Shown here in pieces: positions 50,195 to 63,300 of a stretch of 64,000 nucleotides of DNA. Under the pieces are notes generated by a model. It was not told the origin of the DNA. It saw only the letters and a list, made by a program, of their open reading frames with translations, and did not search any database. The translations under genes were made by a program, and so were the position numbers. Numbering within the stretch: the stretch's first letter is position 1; every line of letters starts with the position of its first letter. The DNA comes from Eledone cirrhosa (lineage: Eukaryota). The stretch lies in contig OZ024743.1 of the NCBI GenBank assembly GCA_964016885.1, positions 182,714,001-182,778,000 of the forward strand. The letters run 5' to 3'.

Positions 50195-50465
50195 GACTGT
50201 CTTGAGCCCACAGGCTCATCAAGTCGGTGCTTATCCTGGTTTTCCATTACATGAAGTGACAGAGTACAAGACTCCCTTGCCCCTGAACACCAGTCCATCG
50301 CAGGTTTAAATCCCTAGCTATTACTGGTTCTCATTTTCAGCTGATTATATTGGAGCAACATGAAATGAAGTTTTTTGCTCAAGAACACAACATACAATCT
50401 AGTTTAGGAATCAAACCCACGACGTTATGATCATAAGTTCAACATACTTTCCACAAGGCCATGCA
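50195..50465 (-). mobile_element. Diverged tRNA-derived SINE
   Basis: Central ttcttgagcaa..tttcatgttgctcca..cagctgaaaatgag is shared with the 44920 family, but the tail differs. Confidence 0.55.
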
Positions 50466-50589
50466 CCAACTCTATTGGACTCTCTATATAAAATACACTG
50501 GGCCTGTAACTAGGAGCTATTCATTATTACTTCAACTCTCACTATTAACTTAACTTTATGCTGGAAGTAAAACAAATCTCAGTTTTTAC

Positions 50590-50708
50590 CTCGGAATAAC
50601 TGTGTCAGAAAAATAAAAACGTTCCTGGAGGGCATGGATGTCAAAAATTGTTATCTGTGCTGGTCCTTTTGTAGTAAATGGAATATGGGACATCAGACTG
50701 GCCAACGT
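50590..50708 (-). CDS. PRS4: Class II ribose-phosphate pyrophosphokinase exon
   Basis: cacag|ACG..AG|gtaaaa. Translates TLASLMSHIPFTTKGPAQITIFDIHALQERFYFSDTVIP. DIHALQERFYF is a class II signature. Confidence 0.93.
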
Positions 50709-50977
50709 CTGTGGAAAATAAAAACAAAATAGATAAAAACATGAGGGTAATATTTAACTCTTAACATCCGGTAATGACTTGGCAGAAAATATCTAAAAAC
50801 AGAGTTTGTTAATTAAAATGTTTATAGTATCTTTACTTCTAGACAGATTGTTGTGAACATTTGCAGTAAATGAAAGTAAACATTTCAATTTTCAATGTGA
50901 TGCAGTCATACTACAGTTTTGTATTTTTCAAGAATGTCTTGCTAATGTGGTTTTATGTGGTACAGGACATTAAAACT

Positions 50978-51112
50978 TCTGGTACTTTATTTTATTGACC
51001 CCCGTAAGGATGAAATGCAAAGCTAACTTCAACAGGATTTGAAAGCAGAAAGTATAGGACCATAACTCTATGCCGCGAAGCATGGTGTCCGACGTTCTAC
51101 TGATTACTGCCC
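50978..51112 (-). mobile_element. Diverged SINE of the 6221 family
   Basis: ctggtactttattttattgaccccc.taaggatgaaa matches the reverse complement of the SINE body. Confidence 0.6.
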
Positions 51113-51691
51113 TTCCACTGCCCTAAATAATGAGAAAGAAAATCACAGGCTGTGTTTTTCATGAGAAATATGGTAACAGAAAGGTTAACCAAGATGAATG
51201 TAGTGAAAGATATATAATTTAAAAAACATTGGACAGTTACATCTGGAATGCTTTTGATCATCATCATCATCACACTTGGATGGGTTAGACGGGTTGTCAC
51301 ATGTTCAGACAAGTCAGGTCAAGTGACCACACCTTGCTCATACAGATCTATATTTTGGCTAGATGTCCTTCCTAACACCAACCATATTACAGGTTGGACT
51401 GGGTGCTTTTTCGACATGTCACCAACACAACTGTCTTACAGCCATGAAGGGGTGGTTTGTTGTTAAAGCACCAGATCATTATGCAGGGTGGATTTTGTAG
51501 GTGGGTTAAAGATGTTATACTTTAAAAACTGTTTTGAGAAACTGTTTTGTTTTTTTAATAAAGAAAATAACTTGAAAAAAGCTGTTTACCTTTGCTGTGG
51601 GAATATCTCCCTCATTCTCAACTAGATTAAACCTGTTTACCTTTTCTGTGGGGATATCTCCCTCATTCTCAACTAGAATAAACCTGTTTAC

Positions 51692-51785
51692 CTTTGCTGT
51701 GGGGATATCTCCCTCATTCTCAACTCGTTCCATCGTTCCAGTAGGAAAATATGGCAACAGAAAATGAAATGACCTTGCACGATAT
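51692..51785 (-). CDS. PRS4: Class II ribose-phosphate pyrophosphokinase exon (proximal donor)
   Basis: ttccag|A TAT..AAG|gtaaac. Translates YRARSFHFLLPYFPTGTMERVENEGDIPTAK. Confidence 0.92.
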
Positions 51786-52136
51786 CTGGAAAAGAAAATG
51801 ATAGTTTTAATAGTGGGTGTGTGGTGGAAATTAAATCTTTGTCTATAATGAGGAGGAGGAGGAGTGATGGTGGTCAGGAGGGGGAGGGAATGGGTGACGA
51901 TGGTGATCAAGTGGAGGAGAGGTTGATGAGGTGGATGAGAAAGATGGAGGGATGGTAATGATGAAGTGGAGGAGGTAGTGAAGATGAGGAGGAAGAGGAG
52001 GAAAGAGAGAAGAGGAGGAAGAGGAAGAGAGACAATATGAGTATAGATGATGATGAAGAGGAGGAAGAGACCTCTTCCCCCCCCCTCCCCCTCCCACACA
52101 CACACACATACATATTGAAACATAAGAGAAACCTAC

Positions 52137-52209
52137 CTTGGGAACATATAAAGAACTGAGAGTTGTTCAAATATGATCTCAGGTGAGTGGAAACTACCAA
52201 GGAAAATAA
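52137..52209 (-). CDS. PRS4: Class II ribose-phosphate pyrophosphokinase exon (most 5' exon found)
   Basis: tttcag|TT ATT..CCA AG|gtaggt. Translates IFLGSFHSPEIIFEQLSVLYMFP. Confidence 0.9.
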
Positions 52210-52429
52210 CTGAAAGGAGAAAAACATTTATTTATAAGAACTTCTGAAGTTTTGTCTGCAGGGTGTAGCCAAAAAATTGCTCCAACCTAGGTGTAGAGTC
52301 CGTCACCCTCTCCCCTTCCCCCCTCTCTTTCTTCCGTGGCCTAATGGCTCTCATTCTTTCCCTCCTTTACTTCACATTTATGGCATTTATAGTCCTTTCC
52401 TCTACTTTCCTAAACAGTCAGATCTGCCC

Positions 52430-55400
52430 ATAATAATAATAATGAAATTATTGTGTACAGTACTCAGGTGCACTACAACTCATCAAAAAGTGTATGTATA
52501 GTACATAGGGTAATGTACAAACGTCAGGAAAATGAACAATGCATGAGTCATGATATACACATGTGTGCAGCACAAATGGAAGCGGTACATCAGGTGTAGT
52601 TTTGGCGAATTTCAGGAAGCATGAGGGTTTTAAAGGATGCAGTGTCTCGGCAGCTTACAACTGACGCAGGCAGTTTGTTCCATGCTTCAGCAACTCTGAG
52701 CGTGAAAAAATGTTTCCGAAAGTCATGGGAGCTGTGCTGTTTTCTGATTTTGTAGGCATGTCCACGTGTGTTAGACACATGGAGATCAAAAAGGTGCTCA
52801 GGGTTGTTGTTGGCGAGATGGTTAATAACTTTGTGGGTGTTTACCAAGTCCATTGCCAGACGTCGGAGCTTCAATGAATCCATGCCCAGGGAAGCAAGGC
52901 GTTCAGAGTATGGTAGGTGTCTGATGGAGGGTATGCGCTTGGTTGCACGTCTCTGAACAGTTTCCAGGAGGTGAATGTTCTGAGCAAGATAGGGGTTCCA
53001 GACTGATGATGCGAATTCCAAGTGTGGTTGTACCATAGCTGTATACAGCTTTAAATAGATGGCTGGAGAGCGGCTAACAAAGGTCTTGCTGAGTGATGCC
53101 AAGACACCCTCGGGCTTCTTGACAATCTTAGAGAAATGCTTTGTCCAATGCAAATCGCTGCCGACAGTAATGCCCAGGTCACATTCACAAGAGGACTTCT
53201 TGATATCAGTGTTGTGGAGGGAGTATGTGGACGCTGGATTTTTCCTCCCAAAATGCATGGTGGTACACTTGTCCACAGCCAGCTTCAGTTGCCAGTCTGT
53301 GATCCATTGCTGCATTGTGTCCAGGTCTGATTGTAGGAAAGAGTTGTAGATTTCAGGATCAGTCCTTTTGATTTCAAGGTACAGCTTGATGTCATCTGCA
53401 TATTTCAGTACCATGGCATTCTTTAAGTTGGCATCTATGTCAATATATGCCACAAATAAAAGGGGACCAAGAACAGATCCCTGTGGTACACCAGATGACA
53501 TCTCATATGGTGAAGAATGCTGTCCTAGAACCGTGACTACCTCTTTTTGGCTGAGAATGAAGGATTTCAACCAGTTAAAAAGATCATCCCTTACACCCAT
53601 TGCAGAGAGTTTTGCCATAAGTCTTTTGTGTGGCACAGAATTAAAAGCCTTAGTGAAGTCAAGGTAAACAACATCCACCCATGAGCCACTGTCAGTGATC
53701 CAGGTAATGTCTTCAAGGAACTCGATAAGCTGATCACAGCAGCTAGAGTTAGGGATGAGGCTGTGAGAGCTCCAGAAGTTCCAAAGTGTTTCTCTGACAC
53801 AGGATTCCATCAGTTTGGCAATACAGCTAGTAAGACTGACTGGACGATAGTTGACAGGTGACGTGCGGTCACCCTTTTTGAACAGGGGAATGACACTGAC
53901 AGTTTTCCACTGCTCCGGAGTAGCACCATTGTTGAGACAGTATTGAAAGAAGAAAGAAAGCTGGTGCAAAAGGAAGTACCCGCCACGTTTGAGAAGCAGG
54001 TATGTAACACCATCAAGACCAGGGGAGGCATAGTTGCGTTTATTCTTAAGGTGATGTCACAACATTGCAGGTGTAAATTCCATAGTTCTTATGGGATTTG
54101 ATGTTAGAGATGGTGGAGATGGTACATTCTGGTTTTCAACAGTAAAAATGCTTGCATAGCACTCAGCAATGAGTTCTGCGCATTCTTTGGGATCGTCAGT
54201 GATCTGGCTTGTGTGGGGATTGCGAAGAGGACCAACTGGAGAGTGAGGTCTCTGCTTTGAATGAACATATTTCCAGAACACCTTACTGTCAGGATTGGTT
54301 GCTATGCACTGTTCAAAAATTCAAGCACTGCCTTTTTTGTCACTTGCTTGAGATGGTTGGAAGATTTATTCCGCTTTTTTCTGTTGGCATCTGATTTATG
54401 CAGTTTATATTCCTGTTCAGCGTTCCAACGTTCTTTCCTGGCAAGTCGGACAGCTGAAGTTTCCCAAATTGCACTTTTGGGGTGGGGTTTTTTCTGCTTA
54501 CGTGGCACCAATGCTGCACATGCTATCCATATTGAGTCCAGGATGCTCTGGAGTATAGTGTTCTCATCTCCAGAGTTATAGAACTCATGCCAGTTTGGGC
54601 GCTGTAGCTGAGTGCAGTACAAGTTCCAATCTGCTTTCTTCCAATCAAAGCAAGCAGATTGGAGATGGTTCTGGTTTTTGTTGCTGCCCACAAAAGCCAG
54701 ATTGGCAATGATCATAGCATGATCAGAGTTGCCTAGAGATTCCTCAGTAGTACAACTGATAACCACTTTAGGAGTAATGGTGAAGATCAGCTCCAAAGTG
54801 TTGTCACCTCTTGTTGGAGAGGTGACTACTTGTGACCAGTTTGAGTCAAGCACTAGCTCAAGGAAATCGTTTGCACTTTGTGGCCAACGAAAGGTTTCCC
54901 AATCGATCTCAGGATGATTGATATCACCTGCAATAAACACATAAGTGGCTGTTTTCCTGGCAGCAGCTCTGAGGATATCGCAAAGATGAGTGTCCTGATG
55001 GTAGTTTGGGGGGCGATAAACAACACCAAGCAGAAGTGTTGACATGGTCATACGTATGTCACAAAAAAAAACTTCTTGTGATTCGTTCAAATCAACGCAA
55101 GGAATTACCGAAAAGTTTGAACGAACATAGACCATCACACCACCACCACGGCGATTAATGCGGTCCTTGCGGAAAAGGTTGTACCCAGTAATGCTGAAAA
55201 CCCCATCACAGAGTAAGAAATGTGCCCAGGTTTCCGTGACTGTGATGAAGTCAGGGTGGATGCTTCTGACGTAGGAGTTAAACAGATGTATCTTGTTGCA
55301 TAAACTGCGAGCATTTAAGGACAACAATTTGTACCCTGCTTTCAGTTTATGATGGTGTGTAGAGGATGGCAGGTTGTTCTGGTTTAGTTTCCCAGAGTTG

Positions 55401-56700
55401 TAGCAGTTTTTTCATTGCCAGTTATTGTGGGTAGAGCACACTCAGACCAGCTGGTATCTCTCTTCCACGTTTCACCAGCCTTAACAAACCTCCAAATCTG
55501 CCCATCATCACGCAGACTAAAACTTTCATGTTGTGCTGAGTTCCAATTCAAGGAAGCTGCAGCACGTAGCTTTGGACATACATGGGGTTGCAGGCCTGGG
55601 CATGTTCAGAAGGTAATCCGATTTTCACGCCCAGCTTTAACAGAGGCCAGATGATATGAAATTGCCTCAGCGGGGTCCGAAAAAGACAGCCTGATGAGTC
55701 TGAGTTTTGGACCAGGTCGACCAAGGCGGAGAGCACCCTTTGGGGGAACACAGCCTAGGTCTTTGGCTGAGCTGGCAGCAAATGCCTGAAGATCAGCCTT
55801 GTCTTCTGGTACCCCAATGGCAATTACTTCATGGGTAGCAGATTCCGCAGTCTTCTCAGTGTTCCCAGATACGGCAAGAGGTACAGGGAGATTCTTTAGC
55901 AAGGCATTCCAATAAGACCCCTCATTGTGGGGTCCTACCCGAATGCTTGCTTTTATTCCTGTTACTTCCCTTCTTAAAGCAGAAATCATTAGTTGCAATT
56001 CTGCAAAATCTGTACTGGTCGGTTGTTGTTGTTGTTGTTGGTTGTTGGTGTTGGTGTTGTTGCTGCTGCTGCTGCTGTTGATGATGGTCCTCCACGGGAA
56101 TGGTAGGGGAAGACACAGTCGCCGGTTGTTGGTGTCGAGATGTACTGGGAGCGGAAGTCATGGGTTGTTGTTTCTGATGTTCTTCCACAGGAATAGCAGC
56201 AGAAGCCAGTGTCATAGGTTTTTTTTTGTTTGTTTTGGTTTTTCAATAACATTGGTGGAGGCAGGCACACAGGCCACACACTGAAAGGACCAAGATTTTA
56301 GCTGGACCATCTGCCAGAGTCCATCCATCATAGCAATATGATGTCTCTTTTTTTGGCCTGGGATCCTCCGGAAGCCTGTGGCGCATTGAAAGCAGACAGA
56401 GATGCGACAGGTTCCACATTCAACCCAGCGATTACGGAACGAGTTTTTGGGTTCCCTCCTTTTTTTAATATTTCCATCACTGTATAACTTCTGCCTATAG
56501 AATATAGTTGACATAATATGTTTATGTATAACAGATAACAAAATATTTCCAACACTGAATAACTTCTGTCTGTAAAAGGAAATTATGCTAAAAAGAAAAA
56601 CAAAAAATGTAGAATATAAATTGTCTGAGGAGGATAAGTGGAACCCTAACAGTAAAAACAAGAGCTGTTAAAAGGGCAAATGAACGCCACTGAGTCAACA
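52430..56700 (-). mobile_element. CR1 LINE, near full length but decayed, (ATT)n tail, in PRS intron
   Basis: ORF1 has a PHD-like finger (WVECGTC..CFQC..WSFQCVAC) and RLGR..RLIRLSF. EN at 54302-55327 (LNARS, VTETW, YRPP, SDH). RT at 52590-53969 (SGVPQGSVLGP, YADD). Several stops and frameshifts are present, and the 5' limit is approximate. Confidence 0.9.
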
Positions 56701-57309
56701 GCCATCCACCCCAACTATGGGTTAAATAGCTTCACCAACCCACAATTGGCCAAGCATGGTGAGTACAGCTAACCCCTGACATGACCAAAACCAAACAGAA
56801 ATTGGTGGAGGTCAACCAGGGAGAGATTCCTCCAACAGGAATTAGAAGGCCCTGGATTGGATTGGATCATATCATCACTATGTTATTGTACCAATTGCTC
56901 TTAAATTGCTGAATGGCTGTCTGCCAAGCTGTAAATAGGTAGTACTTAGAGCATCATCATCAATTAAAGTCTGTTTTCCCTGCTAACATGAGTTGGATGG
57001 ATCATCACAGACCGAGTCAGCATTTAATTGGAGCCATACATTCACACACTCTACAAAGCGCATCATACATTTTATTGCAGTACCAGCACTCGGGAGCCCA
57101 ACATGTTCTGCACACCACTGAAGAGACCGCTCTACCCTTTGTTTTGTATTGCTTCTAATGTTGGATATATCTCCTAACATCTACCATTTTACAGTGTCCC
57201 TCCTCATAGCAGTGCCATCCACCTAGTCTTTTATTGTGTCACCAACACTAGAGAGGTTGTTCTGTCCTTCACACAACTGAAAACACCTCTCTTCTCTTTG
57301 TTTCGTAAG

Positions 57310-60300
57310 TTTCTACAACTAGATGCCCTCCATAACACCAACTACTTTACAGTACTTTCTACAGCTAGATGTCCTCCCTAACACCAACCACTTTACAGTA
57401 CTATGTACAGCTAGATGTCCTTCCTGACATCAACCACTTTCCAGTACTATCTACAGCTAGATGTCCTCCCCAACACCAACTACTTTACAGTACTATCTAC
57501 AGCTAGATGTCCTCCCTAACACCAACCACTTTACAGTACTATCTACAGCTAGATGTCCTTCCTGACATCAACCACTTTACAGTACTATCTACAGCTAGAT
57601 GTCCTTCCTAACATCAACCACTTTACAGTACTATTTACAGCTAGATGTCCTTCCTAACACCAACCACTTTACAGTACTATTTACAGCTAGATGTCCTTCC
57701 TGACATCAACTACTTTACAGTACTATTTACAGCTAGATGTCCTTCCTAACACCAACCACATTACAGTACTATCTACAGCTAGATGTCCTTCCTAACATCA
57801 ACTACTTTACAGTACTATTTACAGCTAGATGTCCTTCCTAACACCAACCACTTTACAGTACTATCTACAGCTAGATGTCCTTCCTAACACCAACTACTTT
57901 ACAGTACTATCTACAGCCAGATGTCCTTCCAGACATCAACCACATTACAGTACTATTTACAGCTTGATGTCCTCCCTAACACCAACTACTTTACAGTACT
58001 ATTTACAGCTAGATGTCCTCCCTAACATCAACCACATTACAGTACTATTTACAGCTAGATGTCCTTCCTGACATCAACTACTTTACAGTACTATTTACAG
58101 CTAGATGTCCTTCCTAACACCAACCACATTACAGTACTATCTACAGCTAGATGTCCTACCTAACATCAACCACTTTACAGTACTATTTACAGCTAGATGT
58201 CCTCCCTAACATCAACCACTTTACAGTACTATCTACAGCTAGATGTCCTCCCTAACACCAACCACTTTACAGTACTATCTACAGCTAGATGTCCTCCCTA
58301 ACATCAACCACTTTACAGTACTATTTACAGCTAGATGTCCTCCCTAACATCAACCACTTTACAGTACTATTTACAGCTAGATGTCCTTCCTAACATCAAC
58401 CACTTTACAGTACTATCTACAGCTAGATGTCCTTCCTAACACCAACTACTTTACAGTACTATCTACAGCTAGATGTCCTCCCTAACATCAACCACTTTAC
58501 AGTACTATTTACAGCTAGATGTCCTTCCTAACACCAACCACATTACAGTACTATCTACAGCTAAATGTTCTTCCTAACATCAACCACTTTACAGTACTAT
58601 CTACAGCTAGATGTCCTCCATAACACCAACCACATTACAGTACTATCTACAGCTAGATGTCCTCCCTAACATCAACCACATTACAGTACTATCTACAGCT
58701 AGATGTCCTTCCTAACACCAACCACTTTACAGTACTATTTACAGCTAGATGTCCTTCCTAACACCAACTACTTTACAGTACTATCTACAGCTAGATGTCC
58801 TTCCTGACATCAACCACTTTACAGTACTATTTACAGCTAGATGTCCTTCCTAACATCAACCACATTACAGTACTATCTACAGCTAGATGTCCTTCCTGAC
58901 ATCAACCACTTTACAGTACTATTTACAGCTAGATGTCCTTCCTAACACCAACCACTTTACAGTACTATCTACAGCTAGATGTCCTCCCTAACACCAACCA
59001 CTTTACAGTACTATCTACAGCTAGATGTTCTTCCTAACACCAACCACTTTACAGTACTATCTACAGCTAGATGTTCTTCCTAACACCAACCACTTTACAG
59101 TACTATCTACAGCTAGATGTTCTTCCTAACACCAACCACTTTACAGTACTATCTACAGCTAGATGTTCTTCCTAACACCAACCACTTTACAGTACTATCT
59201 ACAGCTAGATGTTCTTCCTAACATCAACCACTTTACAGTACTATCTACAGCTAGATGTCCTCCCCAACACCAACTACTTTACAGTACTATCTACAGCTAG
59301 ATGTCCTCCCTAACACCAACCACTTTACAGTACTATCTACAGCTAGATGTCCTTCCCAACACCAACCACTTTACAGTACTATCTACAGCTAGATGTCCTT
59401 CCTAACATCAACCACATTACAGTACTATCTACAGCTAGATGTCCTTCCTAACATCAACTACTTTACAGTACTATCTACAGCTAGATGTCCTTCCTAACAC
59501 CAACACTTTACAGTACTATCTACAGCTAGATGTCCTTCCTAACATCAACCACATTACAGTACTATCTACAGCTAGATGTCCTCCCTAACACCAACCACTT
59601 TACAGTACTATCTACAGCTAGATGTCCTTCCTAACATCAACTACTTTACAGTACTATCTACAGCTAGATGTCCTTCCTAACATCAACTACTTTACAGTAC
59701 TATCTACAGCTAGATGTCCTTCCCAACACCAACCACTTTGCAGTACTATTTACAGCTAGATGTCCTTCCTGACATCAACCACTTTACAGTACTATTTACA
59801 GCTAGATGTCCTCCCTAACACCAACCACTTTACAGTACTATTTACAGCTAGATGTCCTTCCCAACACCAACCACTTTACAGTACTATCTACAGCTAGATG
59901 TCCTTCCTAACATCAACCACATTACAGTACTATCTACAGCTAGATGTCCTTCCTAACATCAACTACTTTACAGTACTATCTACAGCTAGATGTCCTTCCC
60001 AACACCAACCACTTTACAGTACTATTTACAGCTAGATGTCCTTCCTGACATCAACCACTTTACAGTACTATTTACAGCTAGATGTCCTTCCTAACACCAA
60101 CCACATTACAGTACTATCTACAGCTAGATGTCCTCCCTAACACCAACCACTTTACAGTACTATCTACAGCTAGATGTCCTCCCTAACATCAACCACTTTA
60201 CAGTACTATTTACAGCTAGATGTCCTCCCTAACATCAACCACTTTACAGTACTATTTACAGCTAGATGTCCTTCCTAACATCAACCACTTTACAGTACTA

Positions 60301-63300
60301 TCTACAGCTAGATGTCCTTCCTAACACCAACTACTTTACAGTACTATCTACAGCTAGATGTCCTCCCTAACATCAACCACTTTACAGTACTATTTACAGC
60401 TAGATGTCCTTCCTAACACCAACTACTTTACAGTACTATCTACAGCTAGATGTCCTTCCTAACACCAACCACATTACAGTACTATCTACAGCTAGATGTT
60501 CTTCCTAACATCAACCACTTTACAGTACTATCTACAGCTAGATGTCCTCCATAACACCAACCACATTACAGTACTATCTACAGCTAGATGTCCTCCCTAA
60601 CATCAACCACATTACAGTACTATCTACAGCTAGATGTCCTTCCTAACACCAACCACTTTACAGTACTATTTACAGCTAGATGTCCTTCCTAACACCAACT
60701 ACTTTACAGTACTATCTACAGCTAGATGTCCTTCCTGACATCAACCACTTTACAGTATTATTTACAGCTAGATGTCCTTCCTAACACCAACCACTTTACA
60801 GTACTATCTACAGCTAGATGTCCTTCCTAACATCAACCACTTTACAGTACTATCTACAGCTAGATGTCCTTCCTAACACCAACCACTTTACAGTACTATT
60901 TACAGCTAGATGTCCTTCCTAACATCAACCACATTACAGTACTATCTACAGCTAGATGTCCTTCCTGACATCAACCACTTTACAGTACTATTTACAGCTA
61001 GATGTCCTTCCTAACATCAACCACATTACAGTACTATCTACAGCTAGATGTCCTTCCTGACATCAACCACTTTACAGTACTATTTACAGCTAGATGTCCT
61101 TCCTAACACCAACCACATTACAGTACTATCTACAGCTAGATGTCCTTCCTAACATCAACTACTTTACAGTACTATCTACAGCTAGATGTCCTTCCTAACA
61201 CCAACACTTTACAGTACTATCTACAGCTAGATGTCCTTCCTAACATCAACCACATTACAGTACTATCTACAGCTAGATGTCCTCCCTAACACCAACCACT
61301 TTACAGTACTATCTACAGCTAGATGTCCTTCCTAACATCAACTACTTTACAGTACTATCTACAGCTAGATGTCCTTCCTAACATCAACTACTTTACAGTA
61401 CTATCTACAGCTAGATGTCCTTCCTAACATCAACTACTTTACAGTACTATCTACAGCTAGATGTCCTTCCCAACACCAACCACTTTACAGTACTATTTAC
61501 AGCTAGATGTCCTTCCTGACATCAACCACTTTACAGTACTATTTACAGCTAGATGTCCTCCCTAACACCAACCACTTTACAGTACTATTTACAGCTAGAT
61601 GTCCTTCCCAACACCAACCACTTTACAGTACTATCTACAGCTAGATGTCCTTCCTAACATCAACCACATTACAGTACTATCTACAGCTAGATGTCCTTCC
61701 TAACATCAACTACTTTACAGTACTATCTACAGCTAGATGTCCTTCCCAACACCAACCACTTTACAGTACTATTTACAGCTAGATGTCCTTCCTGACATCA
61801 ACCACTTTACAGTACTATTTACAGCTAGATGTCCTTCCTAACACCAACCACATTACAGTACTATCTACAGCTAGATGTCCTTCCTTACACCAACACTTTA
61901 CAGTACTATCTACAGCTAGATGTCCTTCCTAACATCAACCACATTACAGTACTATCTACAGCTAGATGTCCTTCCTAACACCAACCACTTTACAGTACTA
62001 TTTACAGCTAGATGTCCTTCCTAACATCAACCACTTTACAGTACTATTTACAGCTAGATGTCCTTCCTAACATCAACCACTTTACAGTACTATTTACAGC
62101 TAGATGTCCTTCCTAACATCAACTACTTTACAGTACTATCTACAGCTAGATGTCCTCCCCAACACCAATCACTTTACAGTACTATTTACAGCTAGATGTC
62201 CTTCCTAACACCAACCACATTACAGTACTATTTACAGCTAGATGTCCTTCCTAACACCAACCACTTTACAGTACTATTTACAGCTAGATGTCCTCCCCAA
62301 CACCAACCACTTTACAGTACTATTTACAGCTAGATGTCCTTCCTAACACCAACCACTTTACAGTACTATTTACAGCTAGATGTCCTTCCTAACACCAACC
62401 ACTTTACAGTACTATCTACAGCTAGATGTTCTTCCTAACATCAACCACTTTACAGTACTATCTACAGCTAGATGTCCTCCCCAACACCAACTACTTTACA
62501 GTACTATCTACAGCTAGATGTCCTCCCTAACACCAACCACTTTACAGTACTATCTACAGCTAGATGTCCTTCCCAACACCAACCACTTTACAGTACTATC
62601 TACAGCTAGATGTCCTTCCTAACATCAACCACATTACAGTACTATCTACAGCTAGATGTCCTTCCTAACATCAACTACTTTACAGTACTATCTACAGCTA
62701 GATGTCCTTCCTAACACCAACACTTTACAGTACTATCTACAGCTAGATGTCCTTCCTAACATCAACCACATTACAGTACTATCTACAGCTAGATGTCCTC
62801 CCTAACACCAACCACTTTACAGTACTATCTACAGCTAGATGTCCTTCCTAACATCAACTACTTTACAGTACTATCTACAGCTAGATGTCCTTCCTAACAT
62901 CAACTACTTTACAGTACTATCTACAGCTAGATGTCCTTCCCAACACCAACCACTTTGCAGTACTATTTACAGCTAGATGTCCTTCCTGACATCAACCACT
63001 TTACAGTACTATTTACAGCTAGATGTCCTCCCTAACACCAACCACTTTACAGTACTATTTACAGCTAGATGTCCTTCCCAACACCAACCACTTTACAGTA
63101 CTATCTACAGCTAGATGTCCTTCCTAACATCAACCACATTACAGTACTATCTACAGCTAGATGTCCTTCCTAACATCAACTACTTTACAGTACTATCTAC
63201 AGCTAGATGTCCTTCCCAACACCAACCACTTTACAGTACTATTTACAGCTAGATGTCCTTCCTGACATCAACCACTTTACAGTACTATTTACAGCTAGAT

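Noticed and set aside
52210-57310. Upstream PRS exons
   Set aside because: No sequence encoding the expected N-terminal region (F.DG.PNLFI-like) was found. These exons probably lie beyond the window.
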